Part shown: positions 16,401 through 26,083 of the stretch, one piece after another
How the letters are laid out: the number at the start of each line of letters is the position of its first letter
Position numbering within the stretch: position 1 is the first letter of the stretch
Virus record (IMG/VR): IMGVR_UViG_3300030392_001359
Coordinates: 1-30,794 of that record
DNA from: a virus
Taxonomy: Duplodnaviria > Caudoviricetes
DNA length: 30,794 nucleotides
Strand: one strand, 5' to 3'
Notes under the pieces: generated by a model
Database searches by the model: none
Told to the model about the DNA's origin: nothing
The model's input: the letters and a program-made list of their open reading frames with translations, nothing else
Made by a program: the position numbers and the translations under genes

Positions 16401-18931
16401 TGGACCTCGTACCCCAACACGGACTCAATGGCCCGCATCTTGTCTTCAATATGACGATAGATAACCGGGTCTGTGGCTCCCCCCAGTTCCCTGGGAACCA
16501 CCTCCAGCCCTTCAGCACCCAGGGCATTCGCCATCTTATCGAAATGGCGCTTGGTTTCTACTGCTGGGTTGTAGGCCGCCACCAGTGGGTCGGGTGTAGC
16601 CAGCATGGCAGTGAGGCTCTGGTCGGAACCAGGATGGGCACCTCCCATGATGCGATAGGACTCGGGGGCTCCCTGGAAATTTGCGAGGTAGCGTTGCCCT
16701 TCTGGGGTGTAGCTCACCATGCCGCGCCGGATAATCTCACGCAGTGTGTCGTCAGTGGTGCCCAACACCGCATAAATATCTGCGGCAGCCGCCTGCTTCC
16801 CTGATGGAGTCGACAGGAACTGCTTCAATCCCCCCATGACCTCCTCGGGTCGCACGGCTCCCCCCGTAGCAGCACGGGACACACCTGTCACGATGGCGGG
16901 GCCACCCATCCGGGTGAGGAAGGTTGCTAATAACGGCTCCAACATATGACGTTGGATTACCCGGGCCTTCCACTCAATCTGACGTTGGGTTAATGGACTC
17001 GCGACATCCTCGACCGCGAGGGCGTACTCCCGCTGTTTGCCACGCTTTTCTTTACCGAGCAGATCCTTCGCCTCGGCATTGAGTACTGGTGTGGGGGTGG
17101 AGACGTGTTCACCACCACGGAATACACGACCCTGGGAAAGTCCGCCTACGCCACCACGGTAGCCCAGCTCTCCGACAGCGGCTCCCCGGAGGATGCCCGG
17201 CCCTTCGAGGCCGGCATGAGGACCGCCCCTAGTAAAAGGGATACGGGCAGGGCCCACCTCCGCGACCTGACCTAGTTCTTTCTGGAGCCTCTGTATCTTG
17301 GCTTTGACCTGCTTGATGCTTCGACCTCCTGATGGGAATTCGCCAGCTTTAATCCTGGCTTCGACCGCCTGGAGACGCTGTAACTCCTGCTGTAAATCTA
17401 TTTCGTTAGCTTCCCGTCCGAGTTTAGCCCCCAGCGCCTTAAAGAGACGGGCCTCTCCTGGCGGACCTGTCGGAGCTGGCGAAGTTGGCGGAGCTGTGGG
17501 AGGTGCAGGTGGTGCAGGACCTCCAGCACCACCCCGCTTTTTAGCCAGTTCCTCGTAATAAGACTCCCCTGAGACACGGGTAGGTCGGATAGCAGGACGC
17601 GGTCCCTCACCCATAAAGTACCGACGCCACTCATCCATCCCGTGCCACTCGAAGGGATTGATTTGCGCTAGCTCACCCGGTGCGCCTGACCCGGGAGGAC
17701 CGAGTGGAGGCCGTCCCCCTGTGCCTGGTTGGGGCTGCCCAGCGAGCACACCCAGGTGGCGATCCCTGGTGTCGGGATGAAATTTGCTGCCAGTAAGCCT
17801 GTCAAACCATCCAGCTCGCCGTTCGGTCGTGGGGATGGCTTCGCCCATCGTTTCAAGCCATTGAGGACTCGTTGACTTCTGTCCCTGCGCCCTCTGCTCA
17901 GCCGCAAAGAGATCCTCGACCCAGATATACCGTCCCTGAAGGGCATCCACATGACGCTTGGCCACATCATCTACTAATTTATCCGGGAGCTTCCAATTCT
18001 GCATCGATGGCCAGACAGCCGCAGGATCAGAGAGGTTGACCGCCTGGCGGAGAGGAGCTCCTCGCGCCCTCGCCGCAGCTCCCGGTTCCCATCGAAGTCC
18101 TCGCGACCCGAGTGGCACCGGGATGTTATGCTGCGCTACGACTCGCGCCCACTCGTCTCCGGTCTGGTTAATGTTCTGCTGTACGCGATCGGGATGGAGT
18201 TGTGTATGTGCGGGTCGTCGTACCTCGCCAGCGAAGTCTTCAGGGCCTATGCCAGAGAGGGGAGTGTCGGTCACCCCCTTAACGGGGTCGTAGTGCCCAA
18301 TAGACCCGCCCTTTGGCCCTTCCTGCTGCCACCACTGCTTGGGTAGGGGCTCATCCTTCACCCCTCGCCCTAGTATGGTCTCCATGGGCTGGACCTTCCC
18401 CTTCCCCTTCACCCGTGCCGCCGCATCTTTTGACGTTTCGATGAAGGGGGTGCCCAGATTCTTACCAGGCTGTGTGAAAACTTTGGTGCCGCCTACCATC
18501 CGCGAGACAACAGGTGGTGTCCCTTTCACAGTTTTGAATGCTCCCTTGAGTCCGCGGAGGGCAGGCATAATACCGGGAGCTGCCACATCCAGGGCTCCGA
18601 ACCCGATCTGTTCACCGGTATGCGGTAAGCCTTCCTTCCGCCGTTGGAGTCCTTCATGTATCCGGGCAGCCCCCAAGCCTGCGAAGCCTGCGGTGGACGC
18701 TGCCAGCCCTACAGGGCCAAGAAAGGCCGCACCCATCAAGGGCAGTTCTGCCTTGGCAAACCCAAACGGGCCTGTCATGGTGCGCCCAAACTCTGCGGTC
18801 TCAGCGAGGCGTTGTGTGTAATCCGCGTCGGTCCGGGCCCGCTCTCGCTCCTGTTCATACTTGAACCGTCCCTCATCACGGCGGATGCGGGCGAGTTGGA
18901 TGGCGGCCCAGCGTTGTGTGTCGTTCGCCAT
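13469..18931 (-). CDS. Large putative ejection protein (1820 aa) with an internal tyrosine-recombinase-like domain
   Basis: AAGGAG RBS; hydrophobic Gly/Ala N-terminal segment; at aa ~1025-1275: IAPEDMQLF, FNLMRQTGLQPAQLSNMLVEDVD, KGKTK, PLFP, GPRRLRQH, LILGHS...WY. Confidence 0.75.
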   Translation of the reverse strand: MANDTQRWAAIQLARIRRDEGRFKYEQERERARTDADYTQRLAETAEFGRTMTGPFGFAKAELPLMGAAFLGPVGLAASTAGFAGLGAARIHEGLQRRKEGLPHTGEQIGFGALDVAAPGIMPALRGLKGAFKTVKGTPPVVSRMVGGTKVFTQPGKNLGTPFIETSKDAAARVKGKGKVQPMETILGRGVKDEPLPKQWWQQEGPKGGSIGHYDPVKGVTDTPLSGIGPEDFAGEVRRPAHTQLHPDRVQQNINQTGDEWARVVAQHNIPVPLGSRGLRWEPGAAARARGAPLRQAVNLSDPAAVWPSMQNWKLPDKLVDDVAKRHVDALQGRYIWVEDLFAAEQRAQGQKSTSPQWLETMGEAIPTTERRAGWFDRLTGSKFHPDTRDRHLGVLAGQPQPGTGGRPPLGPPGSGAPGELAQINPFEWHGMDEWRRYFMGEGPRPAIRPTRVSGESYYEELAKKRGGAGGPAPPAPPTAPPTSPAPTGPPGEARLFKALGAKLGREANEIDLQQELQRLQAVEARIKAGEFPSGGRSIKQVKAKIQRLQKELGQVAEVGPARIPFTRGGPHAGLEGPGILRGAAVGELGYRGGVGGLSQGRVFRGGEHVSTPTPVLNAEAKDLLGKEKRGKQREYALAVEDVASPLTQRQIEWKARVIQRHMLEPLLATFLTRMGGPAIVTGVSRAATGGAVRPEEVMGGLKQFLSTPSGKQAAAADIYAVLGTTDDTLREIIRRGMVSYTPEGQRYLANFQGAPESYRIMGGAHPGSDQSLTAMLATPDPLVAAYNPAVETKRHFDKMANALGAEGLEVVPRELGGATDPVIYRHIEDKMRAIESVLGYEVQHEDQILAILKRDLHGMIENFDDAVAKRWMAREVTRSKIAKQKAYARKVEGLGTSSKQLIQQEQAAYHELSDKMGTSNIQQALHELGDVFELGTASTSGPAWGVTGVLRLLADDVKIDDILTAQYEKIGDALARYSRKNLPPEAALQRERFTLQELMKIADGADIKLAGANEADQMRHLQSNVIAPEDMQLFYKQAFYDAGPGRARPSKAEQAFQQTRKGAPDILRSALGPRDAEGVQRLAVFNLMRQTGLQPAQLSNMLVEDVDILNGVVRVWSRLKGKTKARLKLSIPISDDVGASLGLMLSNRYRLQKHHRRLRTLWGLRSRMNKQPLFPATTTGHKKAPATIGKMIAGPNGVITRAFKQQRLEQLGLKELPADETKRIQGQVEGQYGPRRLRQHAAQMAGDAKTAALILGHSDQGAMARGWYLDKSTPTAAGRRAFQIDANAGPISKAEREALGDTLYAHVVRPGNAWLQQAARQGDPGIQEAYRADIEEVVGEIGAVMQDAGRTRPAISQRVGQQDIVNYPLLGKLSAMGPGVGPTGRQLGTPPAVMTPETVPDITGALTPQFQELLGRELNVPLTRMGRRLKIAAVEPGAQEQFRGERVFDRFVRTLANEKSAHIRPNMSGEQIDDSFRQFRAAVEEVQERGGNVAEDPTILERVHRAMTEAGYTTSTGSMGGQMVTGGQMVIDGVEIRAQGLAEFLTRPFPLTKPGVGKPSIEQFQWGDEVEARAYFDELTNLVHGLDPKVLEEPVERINAAFAEAVERQFLDVDDVQRFWGEEGEYIRSLVLSKFILADSVKAVETTLLKRFGDLIRSPAAQESGMEAVFSGSDRTVIKTNIPRHTYRGIEEEIPTHQVRQGLHGIYAELRSLALHDLEDFMRTVKGQYPGRAGVAPEAQTVMRDANDIVTGRADFRSPAFWDFFKLTNTYRLHAGVGPARVGAKYAEGKDFAGAVAKALGAILPFIVLPEMAAAELGV
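14338..14372. repeat. In-frame tandem duplication, 18-bp period (GGQMVT/GGQMVI)
   Basis: TGACCATCTGACCCCCC at 14338-14354 and 14356-14372. Confidence 0.85.
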
Positions 18932-18939
18932 GAGGCTCC

Positions 18940-21900
18940 TTATTGGTCAGCAGTGCCGGTGCGTCGAATTTCAAGGTCGGCCCGGGCGAGGATTTCCATC
19001 ACACCCTTTACATACTCAGCCGCTTCCTTACGTCTCGCCCTGGCCCATAGCCCAGGCTCTTTATCGGGCCATTTCTCGCCCACAGGTGCGAATTTATACT
19101 CCCGAACCTCATCGGGATTTCTGAGTGCCTCAAGGAGTGCCTCGTAGTTGTCATTGTCATTTAATGACACACTCTCTTCGGGTAACTTCATCATATTGCC
19201 CCTCCCTGCGTTGTAGGCAGCCAGGGCTGCTGGGAGGTTCCCGAAACGCTCAATTTCATCCTTCAGATACCACGACCCCGCCATAATATTTGACCTGGGG
19301 TCGAAGATACCCGCATCACCAGCATCCTCAAAGAAGCGTGCAAGATCCTCTGCGGTATCTGGTAAGAGTTGCATGAGGCCCGATGCTTCAGATCTTTCGT
19401 TCCATGCTCCGGCCTTGTAGCGGGATTCTCTTTCTATCACAGCCCAGATTACACGCGGATCTAGACCAAACAGTTCAGCCGCCTCTGTCACATAGGGCAC
19501 AAATTCCTTGGCGCTGTCATATTGGCGATATTTATCCATCCCTGCTCTAACAGGGTTGGATGTGTTCTCCAGCTCTGCGGCTGCCTGTCGTGTCCGTGCC
19601 CCCAACCCCGTTCCCGGTGCCTCACCCTCCAAGGTGTCTGGAGCCTGGACGCGGCGGCCTGGGACTGTAACCTGCTCATCGAAGCCCTGCAAACCACGCG
19701 GCGGTCCTGTAAATGGAGGCAGTGCGGGCGGCTGTGTAAAGGGAGGACCGCCTGGCTGTGAGGCTAACCAGTTTTCAATCCCTGGCGGTTTCTCTGTGGG
19801 TGGCTGCCATTGCTGCAAGAACTCCAGCGAGGGAGGAATCTTGGACAGTTCTGTCCGATCGATTTGAGGAAAGAGTTCGGTGGGGCTCACCGAGGGCACC
19901 GGCGCTTGCTCTGGTGCAGGTGGCACTAGTCTCGGGGGCGCTTGTCCTGGTGCAGACGGCAGTCCTGGCCGCGCACTGGGTGTCGTCCCGAGGGGCGGCG
20001 GTGGAGCAATGCGTCGGCGGACATCCGGGGACATCCCTGGTGCTTCGGGTCGTGTACCTAATCCCGGCTGAGCACTAGGGGTCGCTTCAAGGGGTGGCCG
20101 CACTGTGGCCTGGTCGCCCGGACCACGCGGAGGTCCCACAAACGGAGGCGGCGGCATGAACCCCGGCATATCGGGGGGCAGTGGCGCACCTGGAGGGTCA
20201 AGAGGCTGACTCGGGAGGAGCGGTGGAGGCTGCGGCGGTCGTTGCCCACGTATCCCAGGGAGCGCCCCCAATTCAGGGCGTGCGGTGGGCGTGCGCTCCA
20301 AGAGCGGCGGTGGCAGTCGTTGCCCAGTTATCCCAGGCAGCGGTCCCCCCGGCTGCACCCCTATACTGGGCGTGCGCTCCAGTGGTGGAGGTGGTGGACG
20401 CTGTCCCGGTGTGCTGGGTAACGGGGCGGCCCCGGGTCGGGCACTGGGTGACGCATCGAGTGGGGGACGTGGCCGTGGTGGTCCCACAAATGGGGGTGGC
20501 GGCGGTTCCGGGGGCTGTGTCAATCCAGGACCCAAGTTCTGTGCTGGTGGAAAGGTGACGCCTCCCGGTTGCTGGAATCCTGGTTGCGGCCCACGGATGA
20601 CAGGGGCATCACTGGGCAGGCTCGCCGCCTGTCCTCCAGGAATGGGGGGTGAGGGGGCCAGTGCATCCAGGGTTGCTCTAATCGCCGCAGCTTCCTGTTC
20701 CCACCGACGCACTTCGGCCCGCTGTAATTCCAGTTTCTCGGCCCACCCGGGTTCCATCTGGCCAGCCCCAGCCCCCATCTCACCACCTGCACGCTGGCCT
20801 CCGAGGACTTGAGGACTTCCAATAGTTTTTAAACGCTCATTGGCCCCCTCAAGCTCCCGTTCTGCCTCTTGCAAGTATCTAGGGAGGTTCACGATAGCCC
20901 AATCGAGGAGTTCCTCCTCTGTGCGAGCATGGGAAGTAGAGGCTCCACCAAAGACGGGGACCTCATATCCTCCCCCCTCCAATGCCCTGAGTGGCATGCC
21001 CGTGTCTTTGGCCAGTGCCAGGATAGAGTCAACGGGAGAGGGCGCTGTCGGTGCACCGGGCGCTCCTGTCGGCGCGGGTGTATCCGGGGTGACAATACCC
21101 TGGGGGGTTTCGGTATAGAGCAGAGCCCCCACTCCGAAGGGGCTCCGCGTCGGTCCCCCCACGATGTTGTCCCCGCCAGCCAATGAGTTAGCATCTGCCT
21201 CAATCGCAGCCGGGTCTATGTCCAGTTGAGTAGCAAGGCGTACGGCGACGGTGGCAGCGGCGTTTGGATCTCCCGATTGGGCGGCCTCTGCAAATTCCTG
21301 AATCTGCCCTTCATTAGCCCCCAGCCTCTCCAGGGTCGCAATGGTGTGGGCGAGGTTAGAGGAGTCGTATGTCCCGAAATTGGTAGCGTAGACCTTGGTA
21401 TGACCTGGATTTTCAAAATCCTTGATGGCTATGGCTGATTGCTGACGTCCATCAGCAAAATAGTCACGGAGTTCCACCCCCTCCCCTCCCAGGATGGAGG
21501 CTCTCCAGGCTTCCTCAAACTTCTGTTGGGGTACATCCAGTAATCGACTGACGGCTGGAGCCGGCGGCCCGTAGCCAGCCACATCCCCCAGCCACCCACC
21601 TGGGAGGGGACTCTGTGCAATCAGGTCCCGGATGCGTTCAGGTTCAGTCCCGACCTGAATCTGCTCCCTTAGACCAGCTTCCGTCACCTCGGGGCCCGGG
21701 ATGAGTCCCTGCGCGTGGATGCCAATCAGGGTGCTGAGTTCATCAGGGATGAGGGTGTGCCCCAACAGGGCCTGCGCCGCCGCCTCCCCAGACTGAGTAA
21801 TCCGGTCCGGGTCAAAAGTCCCCCGCTCTGCCTGCGCGTTCATCGCCTTCTGGGCGGCATCCAACGCAAGTCGACGGTCCTCGCGCTCTAGGTCCTCCTC

Positions 21901-21993
21901 CCGATCCGCACGGCGCTCACGTCGCGCCATCCAGTTCTGGTAGTCCGCACTGAGCCCGCGCGTGGCACTTGCTAAATTTTCCCAACTGCCCAT
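18940..21993 (-). CDS. Virion protein with Pro-rich repeat linker and C-terminal soluble lytic transglycosylase (SLT) domain
   Basis: GGAGG RBS; AVIERES (catalytic Glu), ASGLMQLLPDTA, FDPRSNIMAGSWYL and ALAAYNAG at ~19190-19490. Confidence 0.88.
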   Translation of the reverse strand: MGSWENLASATRGLSADYQNWMARRERRADREEDLEREDRRLALDAAQKAMNAQAERGTFDPDRITQSGEAAAQALLGHTLIPDELSTLIGIHAQGLIPGPEVTEAGLREQIQVGTEPERIRDLIAQSPLPGGWLGDVAGYGPPAPAVSRLLDVPQQKFEEAWRASILGGEGVELRDYFADGRQQSAIAIKDFENPGHTKVYATNFGTYDSSNLAHTIATLERLGANEGQIQEFAEAAQSGDPNAAATVAVRLATQLDIDPAAIEADANSLAGGDNIVGGPTRSPFGVGALLYTETPQGIVTPDTPAPTGAPGAPTAPSPVDSILALAKDTGMPLRALEGGGYEVPVFGGASTSHARTEEELLDWAIVNLPRYLQEAERELEGANERLKTIGSPQVLGGQRAGGEMGAGAGQMEPGWAEKLELQRAEVRRWEQEAAAIRATLDALAPSPPIPGGQAASLPSDAPVIRGPQPGFQQPGGVTFPPAQNLGPGLTQPPEPPPPPFVGPPRPRPPLDASPSARPGAAPLPSTPGQRPPPPPLERTPSIGVQPGGPLPGITGQRLPPPLLERTPTARPELGALPGIRGQRPPQPPPLLPSQPLDPPGAPLPPDMPGFMPPPPFVGPPRGPGDQATVRPPLEATPSAQPGLGTRPEAPGMSPDVRRRIAPPPPLGTTPSARPGLPSAPGQAPPRLVPPAPEQAPVPSVSPTELFPQIDRTELSKIPPSLEFLQQWQPPTEKPPGIENWLASQPGGPPFTQPPALPPFTGPPRGLQGFDEQVTVPGRRVQAPDTLEGEAPGTGLGARTRQAAAELENTSNPVRAGMDKYRQYDSAKEFVPYVTEAAELFGLDPRVIWAVIERESRYKAGAWNERSEASGLMQLLPDTAEDLARFFEDAGDAGIFDPRSNIMAGSWYLKDEIERFGNLPAALAAYNAGRGNMMKLPEESVSLNDNDNYEALLEALRNPDEVREYKFAPVGEKWPDKEPGLWARARRKEAAEYVKGVMEILARADLEIRRTGTADQ

Positions 21994-22005
21994 CAGTTTA
22001 GCCTC

Positions 22006-22596
22006 CTATCCCCGCCGATTCTGCGCTGCCCCCAACATCCCACCGGGGCGTTGTGGTCGACGGACACCGGGCATGGCTGGTGCGCCGCCCATGGCGGCTC
22101 GGGCGATCGGGGAAGCCGCACCCGCTGCGGACGCTCCCATCGGTTGGCCGGGTGGCATTCCTGGAGGTCCGCCCCCGGGAGGGCCCCCGGGTCCACCCAT
22201 AGGTCGAGGAGGACGGAAGCTGTTGGGGTCGTTCGGGGTGAGGCTGGGTCCAGCCTGTGCAGGACGAGACGCCCGCGCATCCGCTGGCCCGGCAATAGGT
22301 GACCCCTTTCCCCGGCGTTTCACTCCAGGAATACCTCGTCCACTACCTCCCCCTCGGGGACGACTCACGCGGGGTGTGGCAGCCTTTGCCAGCCCACGTC
22401 GGGGTCCACTCTTCCCCCCAATGACCGGCGTTGTGCTTTTCATGGGGGCTGCCGTGGCCCGACTGCCCGCGAAGGTAGGACTCCTCCCAGCCGCCGCTTT
22501 CTTGAGGAGGTCAGCGAGTCCTGAAGGGCCGCCGGCTGCGGGGCCTCCGGCTGCACCGTTGTAGGGTAATGGTCTTCCTTGTGCATCTATTGGCAT
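22006..22596 (-). CDS. Low-complexity basic Gly/Pro/Ala/Arg protein (196 aa)
   Basis: AGGA RBS; fits between its neighbours with gaps of about 10 nt; very few acidic residues. Confidence 0.6.
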   Translation of the reverse strand: MPIDAQGRPLPYNGAAGGPAAGGPSGLADLLKKAAAGRSPTFAGSRATAAPMKSTTPVIGGKSGPRRGLAKAATPRVSRPRGGGSGRGIPGVKRRGKGSPIAGPADARASRPAQAGPSLTPNDPNSFRPPRPMGGPGGPPGGGPPGMPPGQPMGASAAGAASPIARAAMGGAPAMPGVRRPQRPGGMLGAAQNRRG

Positions 22597-22605
22597 GATG
22601 ATGTC

Positions 22606-24387
22606 CTATTTTGATCCCGTTACATACGCATCCCCGATGCGAGACGCCGCCTGGAGATATTCCTGGATGACAGGGAGGAGCGCGTTCAAGTTCCCGCGTT
22701 GGATCATGTCGAGGGCCGTGGCCCGTTCAATCCCGGCACGGTAGAGCATGTCGTTCCAGAGACGATTCTCCTGGATGTTCTGGACAGCCAGGTCTCCCAG
22801 CATCTGTTGATGCTCGGTGCCAGCACGGGCCGCACTTACCAGGTTGCGTGCAGCTTCCTCATTCCAGCCTGTGGAACGTGAGAGGGCATCCGAGAGGCGG
22901 CCTTCCCGGAGCGTAGCTTGTTCAAGTGAGAAATCGCCCGCTTCACCCAAGGCCATCCCCAGTCGGTCTTCACGCAGCCGCGCTTGGTCCATGGCCATGA
23001 GATTGGACTGCTGCATCGCTTCTCGATACCGCGTATCAGCCCGTTCAGCCTCACCCAACGCCAGTTGCTGTCCCGCTCCTGCATACATGGGAGCCAGCTC
23101 ACCTTCCAGGCGCTGCATGTAGTCCAGCTCGGGGCCCTGTCCCAACAGCCCACGGTCAGCCATCGTTGCCTGGCCCTGCGCCAACTGCGCTTGTCGGAAG
23201 GCTTCGATGGGGTCGCGGAGGGTCTCCATCTCCATGGCTCGCCGCTTGACATCGGGGAGTTGACCTCCCGAGGCCATGAGTGCTCGGAGGTTCTGCTGGA
23301 CCTCATCCCCCAACGGTGTGGTCGTCTCCGCAGCTCGCGCCCCCTGTGCCTCAATAATCTCTTGCAAGGCATCCGTGGTGGTATAGCCCAGGTCGGAGAG
23401 GTTCTCAGCTCCACGTCCCCCCTGGAAGATAATCTGGCGGAGGGCTTGTTCCGACTGCCGGGCCAGGGGGGTGTCAGCCACACCCCCACTCTGTCCGGTG
23501 AGCTGCGCTAACGCTGAGGTGATGCCCTGAGAGAGCGGGTCCTGGCCCACTTCCACCCGGGTCCGGTCTTCCCACCCTGGGGGGACCATGGGGACCTCGG
23601 ACATGGTGCGGGCCACATCCCCTTGCCCGGGTATCTGCCCGGTCAGCGCCATCCAGAGGTCGTCTAGGTGCGTGGGGATGCCGCCAGCAGGGTCGTCAGG
23701 ATCTTCATCCAAGTCAAACTCTGTGGGTCGTTGCGTGTCGTCTGGGTTCCAGGGGCGTTTGTCGACGTCGGTGACGGTCTCGGTCCCCACGTTGACACTA
23801 CCGTGATGGTCCCCGCCGGTATTGGTATTACCGGGCAGGTTATATTCTTCCTGCCGCACAAATGACGGGTCCCCACTCACCCACGGGAAGCCGCCATAGG
23901 GATCACCCCCCGACAGCGCCCAGCCCGTAGGGTCGCCGCCAGGACCAGTAATGCCATATTGGAGCCGCCAATCCTGGTTGGCTGTTTGCCCTGGATAGAA
24001 CTGGAGGCCATAGCCTGCCGATGCCAAGCCAGCAGGGTCAGCTCCGGGCCCAGGGGCGTCTGGAATCGGGCCAACCCCCTGTTGATACTGCAAGTCGTTG
24101 AACCGGTCGAGCGGGAGCGCGTCTTGTCCCTGGCCCTCGGCCCAGTCCTGATACTGACCATAGGCCCCCTCAACATTCCCGGGGCGGAAGTTCAGGGACC
24201 AGTCGTCGCCGCGCCAGTCATCCGGGATGGACTCGGGGACATCCCAGGGATTCATGGCGGCGGTGCCAGCCCAATCCCCTGCTCCCCACTCTTCCATCCC
24301 TTCGAAAGCGGGATAATCACCAAGGCCGGTGATACCGGCACCCCCCATTCCAGGCCGTTGTGGGTTCTCAACTGGTCGCGTTGGCAT
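22606..24387 (-). CDS. Putative DNA transfer / ejection protein (593 aa)
   Basis: Acidic disordered N-terminal half; Gln/Ala-rich helical C-terminal half with MADRGLLGQG, reminiscent of podovirus pilot proteins. Confidence 0.6.
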   Translation of the reverse strand: MPTRPVENPQRPGMGGAGITGLGDYPAFEGMEEWGAGDWAGTAAMNPWDVPESIPDDWRGDDWSLNFRPGNVEGAYGQYQDWAEGQGQDALPLDRFNDLQYQQGVGPIPDAPGPGADPAGLASAGYGLQFYPGQTANQDWRLQYGITGPGGDPTGWALSGGDPYGGFPWVSGDPSFVRQEEYNLPGNTNTGGDHHGSVNVGTETVTDVDKRPWNPDDTQRPTEFDLDEDPDDPAGGIPTHLDDLWMALTGQIPGQGDVARTMSEVPMVPPGWEDRTRVEVGQDPLSQGITSALAQLTGQSGGVADTPLARQSEQALRQIIFQGGRGAENLSDLGYTTTDALQEIIEAQGARAAETTTPLGDEVQQNLRALMASGGQLPDVKRRAMEMETLRDPIEAFRQAQLAQGQATMADRGLLGQGPELDYMQRLEGELAPMYAGAGQQLALGEAERADTRYREAMQQSNLMAMDQARLREDRLGMALGEAGDFSLEQATLREGRLSDALSRSTGWNEEAARNLVSAARAGTEHQQMLGDLAVQNIQENRLWNDMLYRAGIERATALDMIQRGNLNALLPVIQEYLQAASRIGDAYVTGSK

Positions 24388-25522
24388 TGTTTCGTCGCCT
24401 CACGTCAAGATTCAATCCGGGGTTCAAGGTCGGCCCAAAGAGGGAGGCTGTTTGCATATCCTGTGCAGCAGGCACTTGAGGGTCGAAGCTCGGGTCGGCG
24501 GTGTAGTCGGGCACCCCACCCGGTTTCATCCAATCCATAATGGCAGTGCCGGGTCCCCGATGTTGCCTTTCGGGCCACGCAGAGGTAGCAGGAGAAGGGG
24601 TCGCTTGAAAGGGGCTGCCTCGGAAGGGGTAGTCTCTTCCCATGACCATATTCCCAAACGGATCGGTCTCCACGCCCAGCATAGTCAGTGAATCTTGAAG
24701 CTCCTGCAAGCCACCCCCCACAGCCAGGGGAGCGGGTCCTGGTTGTTCAGCACCACGAAAGCCCCCTTCTAGATAGCCTGTTGTGGGACGCGAAGCATAG
24801 TCCAAGAATTTGGGGTCATCGTAGCCCCCAAAGCCTTCCATCTGATGAGGCTGCACCCGACGTGACGCGCCTGGGAAGAGCACTTCTCGGGGTTGGGGGT
24901 CAAAGGTGGCCCGGGGAAAGGCGTCGCCTGCTACTTCTTGCCCTCCCTGGCGAAACTTAAGCTGATTGAGCCCACTGTTAGCCTCTCTCGGCCCCGTTTC
25001 GGCCCATGAGCTGCCTGCCACATTAGGCATATGGGCAAAAGGACTCTTCGGTCCATAGAAGTCAACGGGCTCACCCATATCACCTTTGACATCGTGCAGT
25101 GTGCCCCCGGCATCCTTGTATTGGGCCGGCCCCTTTATACTCGGCTCAGGAAAATTTACACCGGGACGGGTAAGGTGGGCTCCTGGCCGCACTAACGCAG
25201 GGTCAATGGCACTGGGTCCCATTGCAAACGGCATCCCACCCCCGTAATACGTGGGCATGGGCTGATAGAACGCGCCCGGGAGGGAGATAGGCTGGGCTGC
25301 CTGCTCTTGCAGAATAGCGCCATAGGTCTCCAGATTCTGGAGAGCCTTGGCCATGGAGGCTTCGGCATCGAGCCCCGCCGCCGCGCCCAGCGCCGTTGAT
25401 CCGTAGGGTTCGAGTTGTTCATTTCCGCCACGGCTCCCCCCAAACCAGTTGGCGACCGCATTGGCAGCCATGATGCCCAAGCCTATTTTGTCGTCTGTGC
25501 CAAACCCCCGGCCATTTGCCAT
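24368..25522 (-). CDS. Putative virion / pilot protein (384 aa)
   Basis: GGGGAG RBS; N-terminal IGLGIMAANAVANWFGG is typical of the first ejection protein after tail genes. Confidence 0.55.
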   Translation of the reverse strand: MANGRGFGTDDKIGLGIMAANAVANWFGGSRGGNEQLEPYGSTALGAAAGLDAEASMAKALQNLETYGAILQEQAAQPISLPGAFYQPMPTYYGGGMPFAMGPSAIDPALVRPGAHLTRPGVNFPEPSIKGPAQYKDAGGTLHDVKGDMGEPVDFYGPKSPFAHMPNVAGSSWAETGPREANSGLNQLKFRQGGQEVAGDAFPRATFDPQPREVLFPGASRRVQPHQMEGFGGYDDPKFLDYASRPTTGYLEGGFRGAEQPGPAPLAVGGGLQELQDSLTMLGVETDPFGNMVMGRDYPFRGSPFQATPSPATSAWPERQHRGPGTAIMDWMKPGGVPDYTADPSFDPQVPAAQDMQTASLFGPTLNPGLNLDVRRRNNANATS

Positions 25523-25549
25523 ATAAGACTCCCCTGTGCTCTGAGTATA

Positions 25550-26083
25550 TCACTGGGTTACGTCCAGGGCGATCATGCCCCGAATATCCACATTATTGGT
25601 AATACTGGAGGGCCACGCCGTATGATCTGTGCGGTAACAATAGAGCTGCGTGGTGCCTCCGGTGGTGACATAGCCTTCAGTATCCACTGATCCCCGGATA
25701 GTCACGGGCCCGCTGAAGGTCGTGGCGCTGGCTGCCAGGCCCCGGGGGAGCGTAATCCGCAGCTCATTGCCCATCCCTGACCCCGTGGTCGTATCTTCGA
25801 GGAAGAAATTCACGACCATGAACTGGCCAAGCTTAACGAACTGGAAAAGCTGCTGATCGGCGCTGGCTACGGTCCAGGTGCCGGTATTGGCCGTGAAGTT
25901 CCCGGCCAGGAAGGGCACATCCTGCCAGCCAAAGGTCTGTTGGAGCCGTTGCAGTCGCTGACGGGTGTCGAGAGTGGTGGTATAGAGCTCACGCACCGCC
26001 TGCTCGGTGTGACGTCCCCCTTCTTCCCGTATCCGGGCGAAGTCCGGGGGGTCGACGCGGAGGGGGATATTGCTGCGAGCCAT
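25550..26083 (-). CDS. Short tail fibre / receptor-binding-like protein
   Basis: N-terminal helix, then a Thr/Gly-rich beta domain with FVKLGQFMVV...ITLP pattern. Confidence 0.5.
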   Translation of the reverse strand: MARSNIPLRVDPPDFARIREEGGRHTEQAVRELYTTTLDTRQRLQRLQQTFGWQDVPFLAGNFTANTGTWTVASADQQLFQFVKLGQFMVVNFFLEDTTTGSGMGNELRITLPRGLAASATTFSGPVTIRGSVDTEGYVTTGGTTQLYCYRTDHTAWPSSITNNVDIRGMIALDVTQ

